This document shows, in pieces, positions 10,017 to 20,086 of a DNA stretch of 64,000 nt. Position 1 is the stretch's first letter; each line of letters begins with the position of its first letter. The notes under the pieces are model-generated. The model worked only from the letters and a program-made list of their open reading frames with translations. It was not told the origin of the DNA and ran no database searches. Origin of the DNA: Candidatus Sulfomarinibacteraceae bacterium (GTDB taxonomy: Bacteria; Acidobacteriota; Thermoanaerobaculia; Thermoanaerobaculales; Sulfomarinibacteraceae); the NCBI GenBank assembly GCA_963796455.1, contig CAWCLO010000003.1:224001-288000 (forward strand), written 5' to 3'. The translations under genes were made by a program, and so were the position numbers.

Positions 10017-10586
10017 TCGTCATCCTCGGCCGGGTGGTAGGTCACCCGCAGGGTCAGACCATAGGTCGCCAGCGGCGATTCTTCGGGGCTGATTTCGCTC
10101 GATGGTGTCGGTTCTTCGAATCGAGGATCGGCAATGAGGTTGTCGAGCAGTTGCAACATCGCTTCGCGGGTGCGCGCCACCACCTCGAACGCGAGGTTGA
10201 CTCCCTCGGGGGTGACGCTTGGGGTGATCTTCGTCAGCCGCACGTCATAGGGCATGATCCGCTCGATGTCATCGAGCATTTCGAGCCACGAAAAGCTGTG
10301 TTCCTTCAGAATCAAGTTCGTGGCATCGACCTTTGTTTCCAAGCGAGCGCCACGGCACTCTGGAGAGGCTGTTCACGTCAGTCCTCACCCCTCGCTCCAG
10401 CACCTCGAAACGAGTCTGCAGCTCATCGCGGCGCGAGCGTTCGTCGCCGAGCGTCCGGTTGCCAACCAGAAAGAGACGGAGGTTGAGCGCGATCAGGATC
10501 AGGGCCAGGCTCGCGGCGGCAATCGCCACCAGCCAAACCGGGCGGTTGTTCAAAAACGGGCGCGTCGCGAGATTCGGAATGATCAT
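10013..10586 (-). pseudogene. pilN: PilN-like protein interrupted by a +1 frameshift at ~10340 (real or sequencing artefact)
   Basis: N-half (MIIPNLATRPF...PWRSL) and C-half (ETKVDA...SWLEMLDDIERIMPYDVRL) are in different frames. Removing one base joins them. Confidence 0.75.
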
Positions 10587-11498
10587 CGAATCTCTCCCAT
10601 CACGACTGCCATGGCCGGTGCCAATCTCGCCGCCCCGAGCCGTTTGACCACAGTCGTCGGGCCGCACGGTGGCAGCGCCTGGTTGGGAGCCGGCAGTAGC
10701 CGATCCTGTTCGGCAAACCACGCCCTCGCCGCAGCATCGATATCCGGATTCTCCGAAACAAACCGAACGTCGATGTCGCCCTCGATGCCCAGCTTTTGTC
10801 TGATGAATCGCAGACTGAGCCCGATCTCTCGCAGCACGGTCTGAGGTCCTTCATCGCTACGCGCCAGTGGTTTGCTGCGCAACAATTGCGGCACCGATTC
10901 AACGACCAGGAAGAGGGAAAGGAAATTCGCCTCGTGTTGGATGAACAACATCGGTCGGTCAGCACCCACATCCCGCGGCAAAAGCGCAAACAACCTCGTC
11001 GTCAGGAGGCCGACCTCGATCCCCACTGATGAAAACGCCGATTCGACGGCGGCCATCGCACGCTCGATTCCGACCATCGCAAGAAGGCGGTTCTTGCCGT
11101 CGCCGTCGGGTAGGCGCAAGACCGAAAGGCGGACCTCCGCCGGCGGAACGGGGAGTAATCTCTTGAGTTTCCAGCGGACGACGTCGTGCAGCTCCGCCTC
11201 CGTTCGAGGCACCCGATCTACTTCGAGCAGATAGCTTCTCAACCAAGCGCTCGGCACGATCACCGCCGCGGTGCTCGCGCCCTCGGCGGCCCCCTTGAGT
11301 CGGGCCAGGACCGGGCCGACGAGAGCTTGATGAACGGCCAGGAGTCCGACCGGACCGACATCGAAGCCAGCCGCTTGGAAATTCTTCCGTGGCACAGTGG
11401 ATCTCGGTCGCAGCGCGATGCACGACCAAACCTTCCCTCTCGTCCAACACCCACCCGGTGTTGGCCGGCGGACTGGTGAGCAATCGATTCCAGTTCAT
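10583..11498 (-). pseudogene. pilM: PilM-like protein interrupted by a +1 frameshift at ~11375 (real or sequencing artefact)
   Basis: MNWNRLL...EEFP frame (ATGA-coupled to pilB) switches to the AAGFDVGPVG...VVRWKLKRLLP frame. One-base removal joins them. Confidence 0.7.
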
Positions 11499-13132
11499 TC
11501 GACGAAGGTCACCTTGTTGACATCGTGGAGCGAGGTTTCTCCGGCAAAAACTTTTTGCAGCGCCGATTCACGCAAGAAACGCATCCCCTCGGCCTTGGCC
11601 GCTCTCTTGATCTCAGCCGCGGATCGGCGATCGATGATCAGCTGACGAATATTGTCCGAAAGATTGAGCAGTTCGGCAATGGCGAGGCGACCCCGATACC
11701 CGGTGCCGTTGCACTCGATACAGCCGTCCCCTTCATAAAATGTGAAGTCGCGATACCGATCCGGATCCAGGCCCGAATCCTCGAGCAAGATGTCCGATAT
11801 CTGTGCAGGCCGTTTGCAGTGGAGGCAAATCCTGCGCACAAGTCGCTGCGCGAGCACGCAGTTCAGCGCCGCCACAAAATTGTAGAGATCGACGTTCATG
11901 TTGAGGAATCGTCCAATGACATCGACGACGTTGTTGGCGTGAACCGTTGTAAAAACCAGATGCCCTGTCAGCGCGGACTGAACCGCGATCTGGGCCGTCT
12001 CCTCGTCTCGAATCTCCCCCACCATCACCTTGTCGGGGTCATGCCGGAGAATCGAACGGAGACCTCGAGCAAAAGTCAGACCCTTCTTTTCATTGACCGG
12101 AATCTGGGTGATTCCTTTGAGCTGATATTCCACCGGATCCTCGATGGTGACGATCTTGTCTTCGGTGGAGCGGATTTCGGACAGACAGGCATACAAGGAT
12201 GTGGTTTTTCCCGACCCGGTCGGGCCGGTCACCAACACCATTCCGTAGGGTTCGTTGATGAACTTGCGCAGCTGCCGCTTGGTATCGTCCTCGATGCCGA
12301 GCACATCGAGGTTGAGCGTCTTGAATTCGGCATTGGTCGATTCTTTGTCGAGAATACGGATGACCGCATCCTCGCCGTGCACCGTCGGCATGATGGAGAC
12401 ACGAAAGTCGATCGTGCGGCCCGAAAAACGAACCTTGAACCGACCGTCCTGGGGGATCCGTTTTTCGGCGATATCGAGCTCCGACATCACCTTGATGCGG
12501 CTGACGATGGTCGAATGGTGCCTTTTGTCGATCGGCTTCATGGCCTGATAGAGCACACCATCGATGCGGTATTTGACGACGACCTCGCGATCCTGGGTCT
12601 CGATGTGGATATCGGAGGCGCGACGCTGAATGGCGTTGAAGAGCACTGAATCGACAAGCCGGATAATGGGCGACGAATCCGCGGTGATGCGATCGATCGA
12701 GAGGACCTCTTCGCCGTCCTCCGAATCCTGGACCAACTGCATGCTGAAGCCTTCGGTCGCCTCATCGAGCACTCGCTGGGTCGATTCCGATTTGTCGAGA
12801 ATCTCTGCGATCCGGTTGGCCGGACCGACCGAAATCTCGAGCGGCCTCGCCAGCGCCATTTCAACCTCATTCACCATGATCACATCGGAGGGATCCGCCA
12901 TCACGACGTGCAGGATTTCGCCTTCCGACCGCAGGGGAAGGAACTGATAACGCAGCATCACCTCGACCGGGATCGTTCGAAAGAGTTCCGGATCGACGTG
13001 AAACTCGTCCAGGGGGTCGAAGGGCATCTGCAACTGATCGGCGATCGCGCGTGCAGTCTGTTCTTCCTCGTGACCTTCCCTCTCCTGATCGAGGTTGACG
13101 AGATGTTCTTCGAGATTTGGATCAGTTGCCAT
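11495..13132 (-). CDS. pilB: GspE/PilB secretion ATPase
   Basis: Walker A GPTGSGKTT, TIEDPVEY, LRHDPDKVMVGEIRD and two CxxC zinc motifs. Confidence 0.95.
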   Translation of the reverse strand: MATDPNLEEHLVNLDQEREGHEEEQTARAIADQLQMPFDPLDEFHVDPELFRTIPVEVMLRYQFLPLRSEGEILHVVMADPSDVIMVNEVEMALARPLEISVGPANRIAEILDKSESTQRVLDEATEGFSMQLVQDSEDGEEVLSIDRITADSSPIIRLVDSVLFNAIQRRASDIHIETQDREVVVKYRIDGVLYQAMKPIDKRHHSTIVSRIKVMSELDIAEKRIPQDGRFKVRFSGRTIDFRVSIMPTVHGEDAVIRILDKESTNAEFKTLNLDVLGIEDDTKRQLRKFINEPYGMVLVTGPTGSGKTTSLYACLSEIRSTEDKIVTIEDPVEYQLKGITQIPVNEKKGLTFARGLRSILRHDPDKVMVGEIRDEETAQIAVQSALTGHLVFTTVHANNVVDVIGRFLNMNVDLYNFVAALNCVLAQRLVRRICLHCKRPAQISDILLEDSGLDPDRYRDFTFYEGDGCIECNGTGYRGRLAIAELLNLSDNIRQLIIDRRSAAEIKRAAKAEGMRFLRESALQKVFAGETSLHDVNKVTFVE

Positions 13133-13138
13133 AATTCC

Positions 13139-14347
13139 TCATGCGATCCGGCTGACGATCGTGAGCAACGGATAGTAAACGGCCAGCAGCAGCCCTGCAA
13201 CGATAAAACCCATGACGATGAGAATCAAAGGCTCGAAAAGCGTCACGACCCGATTGAGTGTGAACTCGATCGATTCGTCGAAAAAGTCCGAAGTGTGCTC
13301 GAGCATCTCGGGCAGCGCGCCGGTCGATTCACCGACGCGGATCATGGCCAGAGCCATTTCAGGGGTCTGGCCGGTGTCGGCGAGCGCCTCCGACAAGGGT
13401 CGTCCCTCCTGCACCTCCTGAACGCAGCCCAGAAAGAGCTCCGAAATGTATGCGTTACTGACCGAGGTTGCCGCCGTCTGCAGCGAGGGCACCATCGGAG
13501 TCCCTCCACCGAGGAGGATCGAGAGCGAGCGGCTGAACTGAGACATGGCAAAGAGATGGGCCAGACCGCCAACCAGGGGCAGCTTCAATCGCCAGCGATC
13601 GGTGATGAGACGACCCGATGGCGAAGACCGCCAGACTTTGAACAAATAACCGATCCCGATCGTCGCCAGGATGATATAGAGGATGTTCGCTTTGGTGAAC
13701 TCGGCCGTACCGAGAACCACCTTGGTGGGCAGGGGGAGCTCGGTCTCGAACTGAACGTAGAACTCGGTGAAGGACGGAATCACCTTGATCATCAAGATCA
13801 CGACCAGGGTAATCGACAGCGTGACCAAAACCGCAGGATAGGTCAACGCTCCGATGATCTTTTTGCGCACCGATTCGACCAACCGCTGGTAATCGCAGTA
13901 TCTGGCCAGGACCTGCTCCAGATCTCCGGAACGCTCGCCCGCGCGCAGGGAATTCGAGTACAACCGGGGAAAGGTCTCGCCGAGCGAAAGGAAGGCGTCC
14001 GAGAGGGCGACACCGGTTGTCACCTGCTGGTGAATCTTGTTGAGAAGCGTTCGGAAATGGAGATTCGCCTGCTGGTCCTTGAGCAACTCCAGACTCTGGG
14101 CCAGCGGCATGCCGGCGTGCAGAAGGGTCTTGAGCTGCGTATTGAAGAGGAGGAAGTCCTGGCCGCCAATCTTCTCCGATCGTGACAGGAGGGGCACTCT
14201 GAGACGAGATCGGGCCGCCTGCAGATTGAAGACGTGGAATCCTTCACCCTCGAGCTCCCGGCGCAATGCGTCCATCGACACCGCGACCCGGCGTTGCTCC
14301 ACCACCGACCCATCCGGGGCTCCAAGCCGACAAACGAATTCAGGCAC
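13139..14347 (-). CDS. pilC: GspF/PilC inner-membrane platform protein
   Basis: Two T2SSF repeats (AGERSGDL, VGESTGAL), ALTYPAVL. Confidence 0.93.
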   Translation of the reverse strand: MPEFVCRLGAPDGSVVEQRRVAVSMDALRRELEGEGFHVFNLQAARSRLRVPLLSRSEKIGGQDFLLFNTQLKTLLHAGMPLAQSLELLKDQQANLHFRTLLNKIHQQVTTGVALSDAFLSLGETFPRLYSNSLRAGERSGDLEQVLARYCDYQRLVESVRKKIIGALTYPAVLVTLSITLVVILMIKVIPSFTEFYVQFETELPLPTKVVLGTAEFTKANILYIILATIGIGYLFKVWRSSPSGRLITDRWRLKLPLVGGLAHLFAMSQFSRSLSILLGGGTPMVPSLQTAATSVSNAYISELFLGCVQEVQEGRPLSEALADTGQTPEMALAMIRVGESTGALPEMLEHTSDFFDESIEFTLNRVVTLFEPLILIVMGFIVAGLLLAVYYPLLTIVSRIA

Positions 14348-15058
14348 TCACCGAACCCCAATCGATTGTGCATGAACAATCAATACGAGACCGTTTTCCG
14401 CATCCTCACTTTTTCCGGCGCCGATATAAACCGTTTGATTGGGAGACAGGAACAGGCTTGTCTGCAGAAGCGGCGTGGATTTCTCATTTCCCTCTTTGCC
14501 CTCACCCACCCATTTGACCAGAAAATGCCGGAGCTGGATCCGGTTCCCGGGATTGGGAGCTCCCCACGGAGTGTTGGGCGAGTACTCCACCTTTTGCGCG
14601 ACAAAGGAGATCTGGTAGGCGTCGCCGAGCAAGGCGACGGCGGCGTTGCCGATCTCACCCTCGAGGGTGGCTCCACCGAGCCGGCGATAGGATGGAAATT
14701 TGAACATGCTCCGTAAACGTGAGTCGACCTCGACGGCCGGCTGAGCGGAGCTGTAGCTCGTCTCCGAACCCTCGATCAAATCAATATGGATGCTGAAATG
14801 ATCGGGCGCACGATCGAGTTCATCGATTACACCGGCGATTTTTTCGACCACCGCCGGAACATCCTGCACCGAAAGCCGGGAGCGGCTCGGCTGCAGCGTC
14901 AGACTCCCGTGTTCAGACAACATCGGTTCCACGGCCGTTGACACATCCATGACCGCCACGTGGTTGAGGGTGAAAACTCTCGATACCGTGTCGACCTCGG
15001 CCGCCACCGTCAGCCCGACACAGGCGAAGCACAAAACGACAACAAAGATCCTGCGCAT
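14348..15058 (-). CDS. Exported protein with secretin-N (NolW-like) domain
   Basis: Signal peptide, then SRVFTLNH...LSVQDVPAVVEKIAGVIDELD resembling the secretin N-domain. Confidence 0.6.
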   Translation of the reverse strand: MRRIFVVVLCFACVGLTVAAEVDTVSRVFTLNHVAVMDVSTAVEPMLSEHGSLTLQPSRSRLSVQDVPAVVEKIAGVIDELDRAPDHFSIHIDLIEGSETSYSSAQPAVEVDSRLRSMFKFPSYRRLGGATLEGEIGNAAVALLGDAYQISFVAQKVEYSPNTPWGAPNPGNRIQLRHFLVKWVGEGKEGNEKSTPLLQTSLFLSPNQTVYIGAGKSEDAENGLVLIVHAQSIGVR

Positions 15059-15062
15059 CGAC

Positions 15063-15572
15063 CTAAAGCTCCAGGGCTGGATTGACGACGAAAACGGCCG
15101 CCGTGTCGTGGTCTTCGGTGGCAAACTGATAGACACGAACATCCTCACCGGACATCTCGACTTCGATCGAGGGGGGTGTGTGCGGTATTTCGGCTTCCGG
15201 TTTCACCACGGCCACGGGAACGACAGAGTCACTCCCCCAGAAGGGTACCATCCGCCACGCCAGACCACCGCCGATAACCATCACGGCCGCAGCCGCCGCG
15301 GCGAGCCACGGACGACGACGGCCTCGGATTCGGCCTTCGAGACGCTGCTGTCGAATCTGGTTCGTGACCGCCGCCGCACATGCCTCGATCCGGGCCGGGT
15401 CGACTACAGGCGGATCGGCCGCAACAAACAGGAGACTCGGTTCTTCACCGACAGCCCACCCGCGGCAGGAATCACACCTCCGAAGATGATCGCGGAACCA
15501 GCTTCGCTGATCGTCCTCGAGGCCCTCCTCGAGATATGGATCGAGCATTTCGCGAAAAACAGTACAGTTCAT
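15063..15572 (-). CDS. Zinc-finger (zf-HC2) transmembrane anti-sigma factor
   Basis: MNC...HLRRCDSC ZAS motif plus TM helix, next to the ECF sigma gene. Confidence 0.88.
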   Translation of the reverse strand: MNCTVFREMLDPYLEEGLEDDQRSWFRDHLRRCDSCRGWAVGEEPSLLFVAADPPVVDPARIEACAAAVTNQIRQQRLEGRIRGRRRPWLAAAAAAVMVIGGGLAWRMVPFWGSDSVVPVAVVKPEAEIPHTPPSIEVEMSGEDVRVYQFATEDHDTAAVFVVNPALEL

Positions 15573-15573
15573 T

Positions 15574-16149
15574 TCAACCCCTCTCAGACACTGGCAGGTA
15601 TTCCGGAAAACGATCCCTCATTTCCCGTCTGAGTACCTTGCGCGCCTGAAATATGTGATTCCGAACGGTGGTAGCCGAACACCCGAGGACTGCTGCCACC
15701 TCGGATGTGTCGAGCCCATCCATTTCCCGAAGAACGAAGGCGCTGCGTTGCTGTGGCGTCAAACTCCCGACCAGCTGTTTCAGAATGCCGTCCGCCTCGT
15801 TGCTGTCGGCCCTCGCCCCGGCAGTCTCGCCGGGTCCAACCAGACGCAAACGGTGTTCGGTGCCCGCTTTGTGGGTTCGGTCGCGGCTGGAGCGCGACCG
15901 AAGAAGGTCAATCGCGAGGTTTGTTCCGATGCGATACAACCAGGTCGTGAAACTGAACCTCGAATCATATTTATCGAGACTCTGCCACGCTTTGAGATAG
16001 GCCATTTGGACCACATCCCAGGCCTCGGCATCGTCGGCCAGGATCCTCGCCACAGAACGGTGGAGCCCACCGGAATGCCGCCTGACGAGGTGGGCAAAAG
16101 CCTCCTCATCGCCATCCTTGGCGGACTGTACCCAGTCACGATCATTCAT
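15574..16149 (-). CDS. ECF sigma-70 factor
   Basis: GDEEAFAHLV, FTTWLYRIGTNLAID, region 4 HTH (EVAAVLGCSATTVRNHIFQARKVL). Confidence 0.93.
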   Translation of the reverse strand: MNDRDWVQSAKDGDEEAFAHLVRRHSGGLHRSVARILADDAEAWDVVQMAYLKAWQSLDKYDSRFSFTTWLYRIGTNLAIDLLRSRSSRDRTHKAGTEHRLRLVGPGETAGARADSNEADGILKQLVGSLTPQQRSAFVLREMDGLDTSEVAAVLGCSATTVRNHIFQARKVLRREMRDRFPEYLPVSERG

Positions 16150-16299
16150 GACCGATCCACCACTAAAACCGCCTTCCGGCAGAATGCACAGACGCTCCTT
16201 CACCATCGTTCCCCATCGGTTTTACGGATCACCCTCCGCAACCGTTGGTATCGATGTGGACGATCCTAGCATCATCACCCTGTCGCGTGAACTCAAAGT

Positions 16300-16920
16300 G
16301 CTGAAAACAGGGGAGCTGGGAGCTTTTCAAAGGGAGAAAGGGAGAACAGGGGCAGCGCTTAAGAGGATCGGGTGTGAGTTGGGATTGAGGAATTCGCCGA
16401 ACATTTCATGAGAGACCGCAGATCACGCAGATGAACGCAGATAAGGAATCGCCGTCGGAATCGCTATCGACGTGAGGGCGATCCCCCTTGCTCCCTTTCG
16501 AGAACTGGAACGGAAACCATTCTTCGTGGTCCACACTCTCCCGGCGACATATCGCTGCGAGGATTTTGAGTTGGTTGCATACCTTCAATATGTCATCCTG
16601 AGCGGAGCCCCCACAGGGGCGTAGTCGAAGGATCTATGAGATGAAACGAAAAAACACATTGGGCCGCAGATCCTTCGACTCCGCGCCAAAGGCGCTTCGC
16701 TCAGGATGACATCGGGGGGCGACACTCGTAAACATGAAGAATCAGCACCGGGTGGTTCTCCCTTTCTCCTCTGCTCCTCTGCTCCTCTGCCATTTCGGTT
16801 CGGAATCCAACATCTAGCATCGAGTATCGAGCAACCGGACCTTCTCCCTTTCGGAACCGGGAGCGGATCGGCCGTTGGCGTAGGTCTCGCGTTCGATAGC
16901 GATAGCGACGAATCGCAAAA
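16300..16920. repeat. Composite intergenic repeat mosaic
   Basis: Contains AAAGGGAG octamers, CGCAGAT 9-mer repeats (16416-16442), the palindromic element, CTCCTCTG x3, GCATCGA-type heptamers and GATAGC hexamers. Confidence 0.85.
16590..16712. repeat. REP/MITE-like palindromic element, copy A
   Basis: Terminal IR ATGTCATCCTGAGCG/CGCTCAGGATGACAT, inner IR AGTCGAAGGATCT/AGATCCTTCGACT, small arm hairpins. Confidence 0.92.
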
Positions 16921-16976
16921 TGTAGCTCCTCACGCGGTCGGGGAGGTACACTACCGATTGCCGGCATGGAGGATCG

Positions 16977-17198
16977 ATGGATATATCAATTGAATATTGC
17001 GTGCAGTGAAACTACCAACCACGTGCCGCCGGTCTGGCGGCTGAGTTGGAACAGGAATTCGGCACCTCGGTGAAACTGATCAAGGGCCAGAATGGGGTCT
17101 TCGAGGTCACGGTCGATGACGACCTTTTGTACTCGAAACGATTGCTCGGAAGGTTCCCCGAACCCGGTGAAGTGGCGGCCGCTATCCGCGACCGCTAG
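16977..17198 (+). CDS. SelW/SelT/SelH (Rdx) family selenoprotein, 73 aa with CVQU
   Basis: MDISIEYCVQ-U(TGA 17007-17009)-NYQPRAAGLAAEL...GVFEVTVDDDLLYSK...RFPEPGEV. GGAGGA RBS at 16968-16973 and a SECIS-like hairpin. Confidence 0.9.
17025..17041 (+). promoter_or_regulatory. Bacterial SECIS-like hairpin
   Basis: GCCGCC-GGTCT-GGCGGC stem-loop starting 15 nt after the in-frame TGA. Confidence 0.8.
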
Positions 17199-18180
17199 GG
17201 GCTATTCTTCGGTTCTTCGTTGCCGCCGGTCGCCGGCGGTAGATGTGGCGCTCGAGGATTCTCGAGTACGGCGTCCATGCGCCATCGTCCGAGCCGCCCG
17301 CCGCGATGGCCTCCAGAACGCCGGCCATCTTCGAGTCGAGGTTGTCCATCATGTGGACCAACAAAGCCTCCGGGGTCTTTGGTCTCCGCGGCGAGCCGTA
17401 TTCGAACTCACCATGATGAGACAGCAGGATATGCAGGAGGTGGCGACGGGTTTCGGCCGGGAATTCTTCGAGTTCACGAATCTGTGATTCGACAAACAGC
17501 GTTTCCATGGGCAAATGACCCAGCAGACGGCCGTCATCCGTGTACTCGATGGAGGCGCCGATCTCCAGCTCCCAGATCTTGCCCAGATCATGCAGCAGGC
17601 ATCCCGAAACAACCAGGTCCTGATCAAGATCATAGTGACCCGCCACCATCCGGGCGACGGTGGTCACCGAAACCGTGTGTTCGAGCAGACCCGAACGAAA
17701 TCCGTGGTGCATCGTCCGTGCGGCCGGCGCAATTCGGAAGAGCTTCTCGACCTCCGGATCCGAGAAAACCCGAAACAACAGCTGTCGCAGGTGTTGGTCG
17801 CTGATTTCTTCGATGAATGCGATCAGTTTCTTCCACAGTATTTCCGGATCGGAAGCCGATGAGCGCACGAAGAGATCCTGGTCCACCGAGGCACCGGCGA
17901 CAACCTGCGCCTGTCTCAGCACCAACTGCAACTGCTGATGGTAGCGTTGCACCTGGCCCTTGATTGCCACCACTTTCCCAGGCTCGATCACCTCTTTGAG
18001 GCGATCCACATTCTGCCAGACAAGGGCGGTGACTTCCCCGGTCCGATCCCCGAGGGTGGCCGCCAGGTAGGGCCCTCCGCCGCGGCGCTGCCGAACATCC
18101 GCCGATCGGACGGCAAAGGCCTCATCGATTTCAGTGCCCGCACGCAGATCTTTGATCCAGGTACGCTTGGAGTCGCTCAT
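17182..18180 (-). CDS. yhaM: YhaM/Cbf1-family 3'-5' exoribonuclease (OB + HD)
   Basis: OB fold (LGDRTGEV), HHGFRSGLLEH, LLHDLGK, SHHGEFEYGSP. Confidence 0.88.
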   Translation of the reverse strand: MSDSKRTWIKDLRAGTEIDEAFAVRSADVRQRRGGGPYLAATLGDRTGEVTALVWQNVDRLKEVIEPGKVVAIKGQVQRYHQQLQLVLRQAQVVAGASVDQDLFVRSSASDPEILWKKLIAFIEEISDQHLRQLLFRVFSDPEVEKLFRIAPAARTMHHGFRSGLLEHTVSVTTVARMVAGHYDLDQDLVVSGCLLHDLGKIWELEIGASIEYTDDGRLLGHLPMETLFVESQIRELEEFPAETRRHLLHILLSHHGEFEYGSPRRPKTPEALLVHMMDNLDSKMAGVLEAIAAGGSDDGAWTPYSRILERHIYRRRPAATKNRRIAPSGRG

Positions 18181-18203
18181 GATGGTTGCGCCTTCTTCTT
18201 TGT

Positions 18204-19181
18204 TCACTGTGCGCCGAACTGTCGGTAGACGAGGACCAACCGGTCGCTGTGGACCTCGACCAGATACTCCCTCTTGAGCTTCTCGACCAATCCTCTGGTC
18301 TGACTTTCATAGGTCTCTGCCGATCGTTCCCGGCGCAATTCCGGTTCGATGGTCTCGAAGGGCTCGAAACCGGCAGGGATTCTCTGCGCCAAACGAATAA
18401 TCTGGACACCGCCCGGCACGGTCAGCGGATCGGCCACCTCCCCCTCGGCGAGACCTTCGATTGCGGCCTTGAGGTCGGGCCGGCAGTCTTCGATCGGGAT
18501 CTGTCCGAGATCCTGGAGTTCGGCACCGGCGAGGATGGCCTCCGCCTTGAGATCAGCCCCCTCGCGAACCCTGCTGACAAGCCCCTCGGATCGCCTCAGG
18601 TTTCCTGCAGCCCCACCGCTCGATCCTTCGTCAGGGAGAAAGACCTGTTCGAGCTCGACCTTGGCTGGAACGCTATAACGCTCCTTGTCGGCCTCGTAAG
18701 CCCGGCGCAACTCTTCTTCGGTAATCTCCACCGGTCGGACATCTCCTTGCACGGCACGTTGCAGGAGCATGGTTCGGCGATATCGTTCGCGGAGGGCATC
18801 CTCCGTCAGCCCGGTGCTGTCGAGAGCCTCCTGCCACACTGCGTCATCCTGCAGCTCGTTTTCTTCGCGGAGATTTTCGATCGCCGAATCGAGGGCCCTT
18901 TCCTCCACGATGACCTTTTTTTCGGTCGCGCGCTCCAACAAAACGAGCTCGTTGACCATTTCGTTGAGGAGCATCTCGGTAAACTGGCGCAATTCGTCGC
19001 CGCCCGGGGCGGCGGGCATCTGTGACAGTTCCACGCGCACTCTTTCCGAAAACTCCGACACCGTGATGATCCGGTCGTTGACCCGAACCAGAATGCCTTC
19101 GAGCATTATTCTTTCAGAGGCTCCGGCGACCGCACCCATCGCGGCTGTCGCGAGCACGAAGCCGATTACTCTCCTAAGCAT
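18204..19181 (-). CDS. SurA-like peptidyl-prolyl isomerase/chaperone
   Basis: Signal peptide, ILVRVNDRIIT SurA N-domain, parvulin-like domain. Confidence 0.8.
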   Translation of the reverse strand: MLRRVIGFVLATAAMGAVAGASERIMLEGILVRVNDRIITVSEFSERVRVELSQMPAAPGGDELRQFTEMLLNEMVNELVLLERATEKKVIVEERALDSAIENLREENELQDDAVWQEALDSTGLTEDALRERYRRTMLLQRAVQGDVRPVEITEEELRRAYEADKERYSVPAKVELEQVFLPDEGSSGGAAGNLRRSEGLVSRVREGADLKAEAILAGAELQDLGQIPIEDCRPDLKAAIEGLAEGEVADPLTVPGGVQIIRLAQRIPAGFEPFETIEPELRRERSAETYESQTRGLVEKLKREYLVEVHSDRLVLVYRQFGAQ

Positions 19182-20025
19182 CTTTCTGACCCTCCACATA
19201 TCTGCCGCTGTAAGGAAACCACAGATTGACGTCTTTGATTTCGACACCGATTTCCCCAGCCAGCCCACCGACGCACTTTCGGGTATGGATCCGAGCTCCG
19301 TGCTGGGCGAACTCGGAACGAACTTCGCTTTCGATCTGCAAGCGGTTCGGCGATCCTGCGGGAACAATCTCGAGAACCTGAAACACGTGATAACCGGACG
19401 GCCCCAGAACAGGATCGGAAAACTGCCCGGTTTCCAGGCCAAAGATCACCCGATCAATCTCCGGTGTCAAAGACCCCTGATCAAAAAACCCGAGCTCGCC
19501 CCCTTCCATCGCATTGGGAGCGCGGCTCATCTCGCGTGAGATCACCAAAAAATCTTCACCCGCCAGCAGGCGCTCGCGTGCACTGAGCGCCGTTTCGTGG
19601 CTGTCCACCAGAATCTGCCGGACGTGTGCCTGAGCCGGCAGCACCACCTCGAGCCGTCGCGCCACCTCGTCGGCGATTTCGTCTGAAGTCGGGTCAGGCG
19701 CCAGACCACACATTTCGTCCAACAACCATTGCAGCTCGGTCGGCCCGATCTCGGGCGTTTCTTCCGGCGCATGGACATCGTGAATCCTTGCCGCTTCGAT
19801 CACGACAAAGCGATCGAGGTATTGGTCGAGCAGCCGCGAGCTGACCACAGCGCTCACCGCCTGCCACGCTTCGCCCGTCACGTCGGCCACATATTCTTGA
19901 AATGGCGCGATTTCGAGCCGCTGGTGCCCCACCTTCGCGAGGGTGGTGGCATCACTTCCGCAAGCGAGCAACCCGAGGGTTGTCAGCCCAAACGGGATCC
20001 ACCGGAGACGCCCCAAAGCACTCAT
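19174..20025 (-). CDS. PpiC/parvulin-type peptidyl-prolyl isomerase (lipoprotein)
   Basis: LLAC lipobox, HVRQILV, GGELGFF, SGYHVFQV. Confidence 0.82.
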   Translation of the reverse strand: MSALGRLRWIPFGLTTLGLLACGSDATTLAKVGHQRLEIAPFQEYVADVTGEAWQAVSAVVSSRLLDQYLDRFVVIEAARIHDVHAPEETPEIGPTELQWLLDEMCGLAPDPTSDEIADEVARRLEVVLPAQAHVRQILVDSHETALSARERLLAGEDFLVISREMSRAPNAMEGGELGFFDQGSLTPEIDRVIFGLETGQFSDPVLGPSGYHVFQVLEIVPAGSPNRLQIESEVRSEFAQHGARIHTRKCVGGLAGEIGVEIKDVNLWFPYSGRYVEGQKDA

Positions 20026-20086
20026 CGGGAAAGAGTAACACGATTTCAGTCGACAACCGATCCGACTCTGATGCGTAAACTTTGCA

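Noticed and set aside
10336..11381. Invertible segment bounded by the 10-bp inverted decamers
   Set aside because: The enclosed coding sequence is already in operon orientation, and flipping it would not restore either gene.
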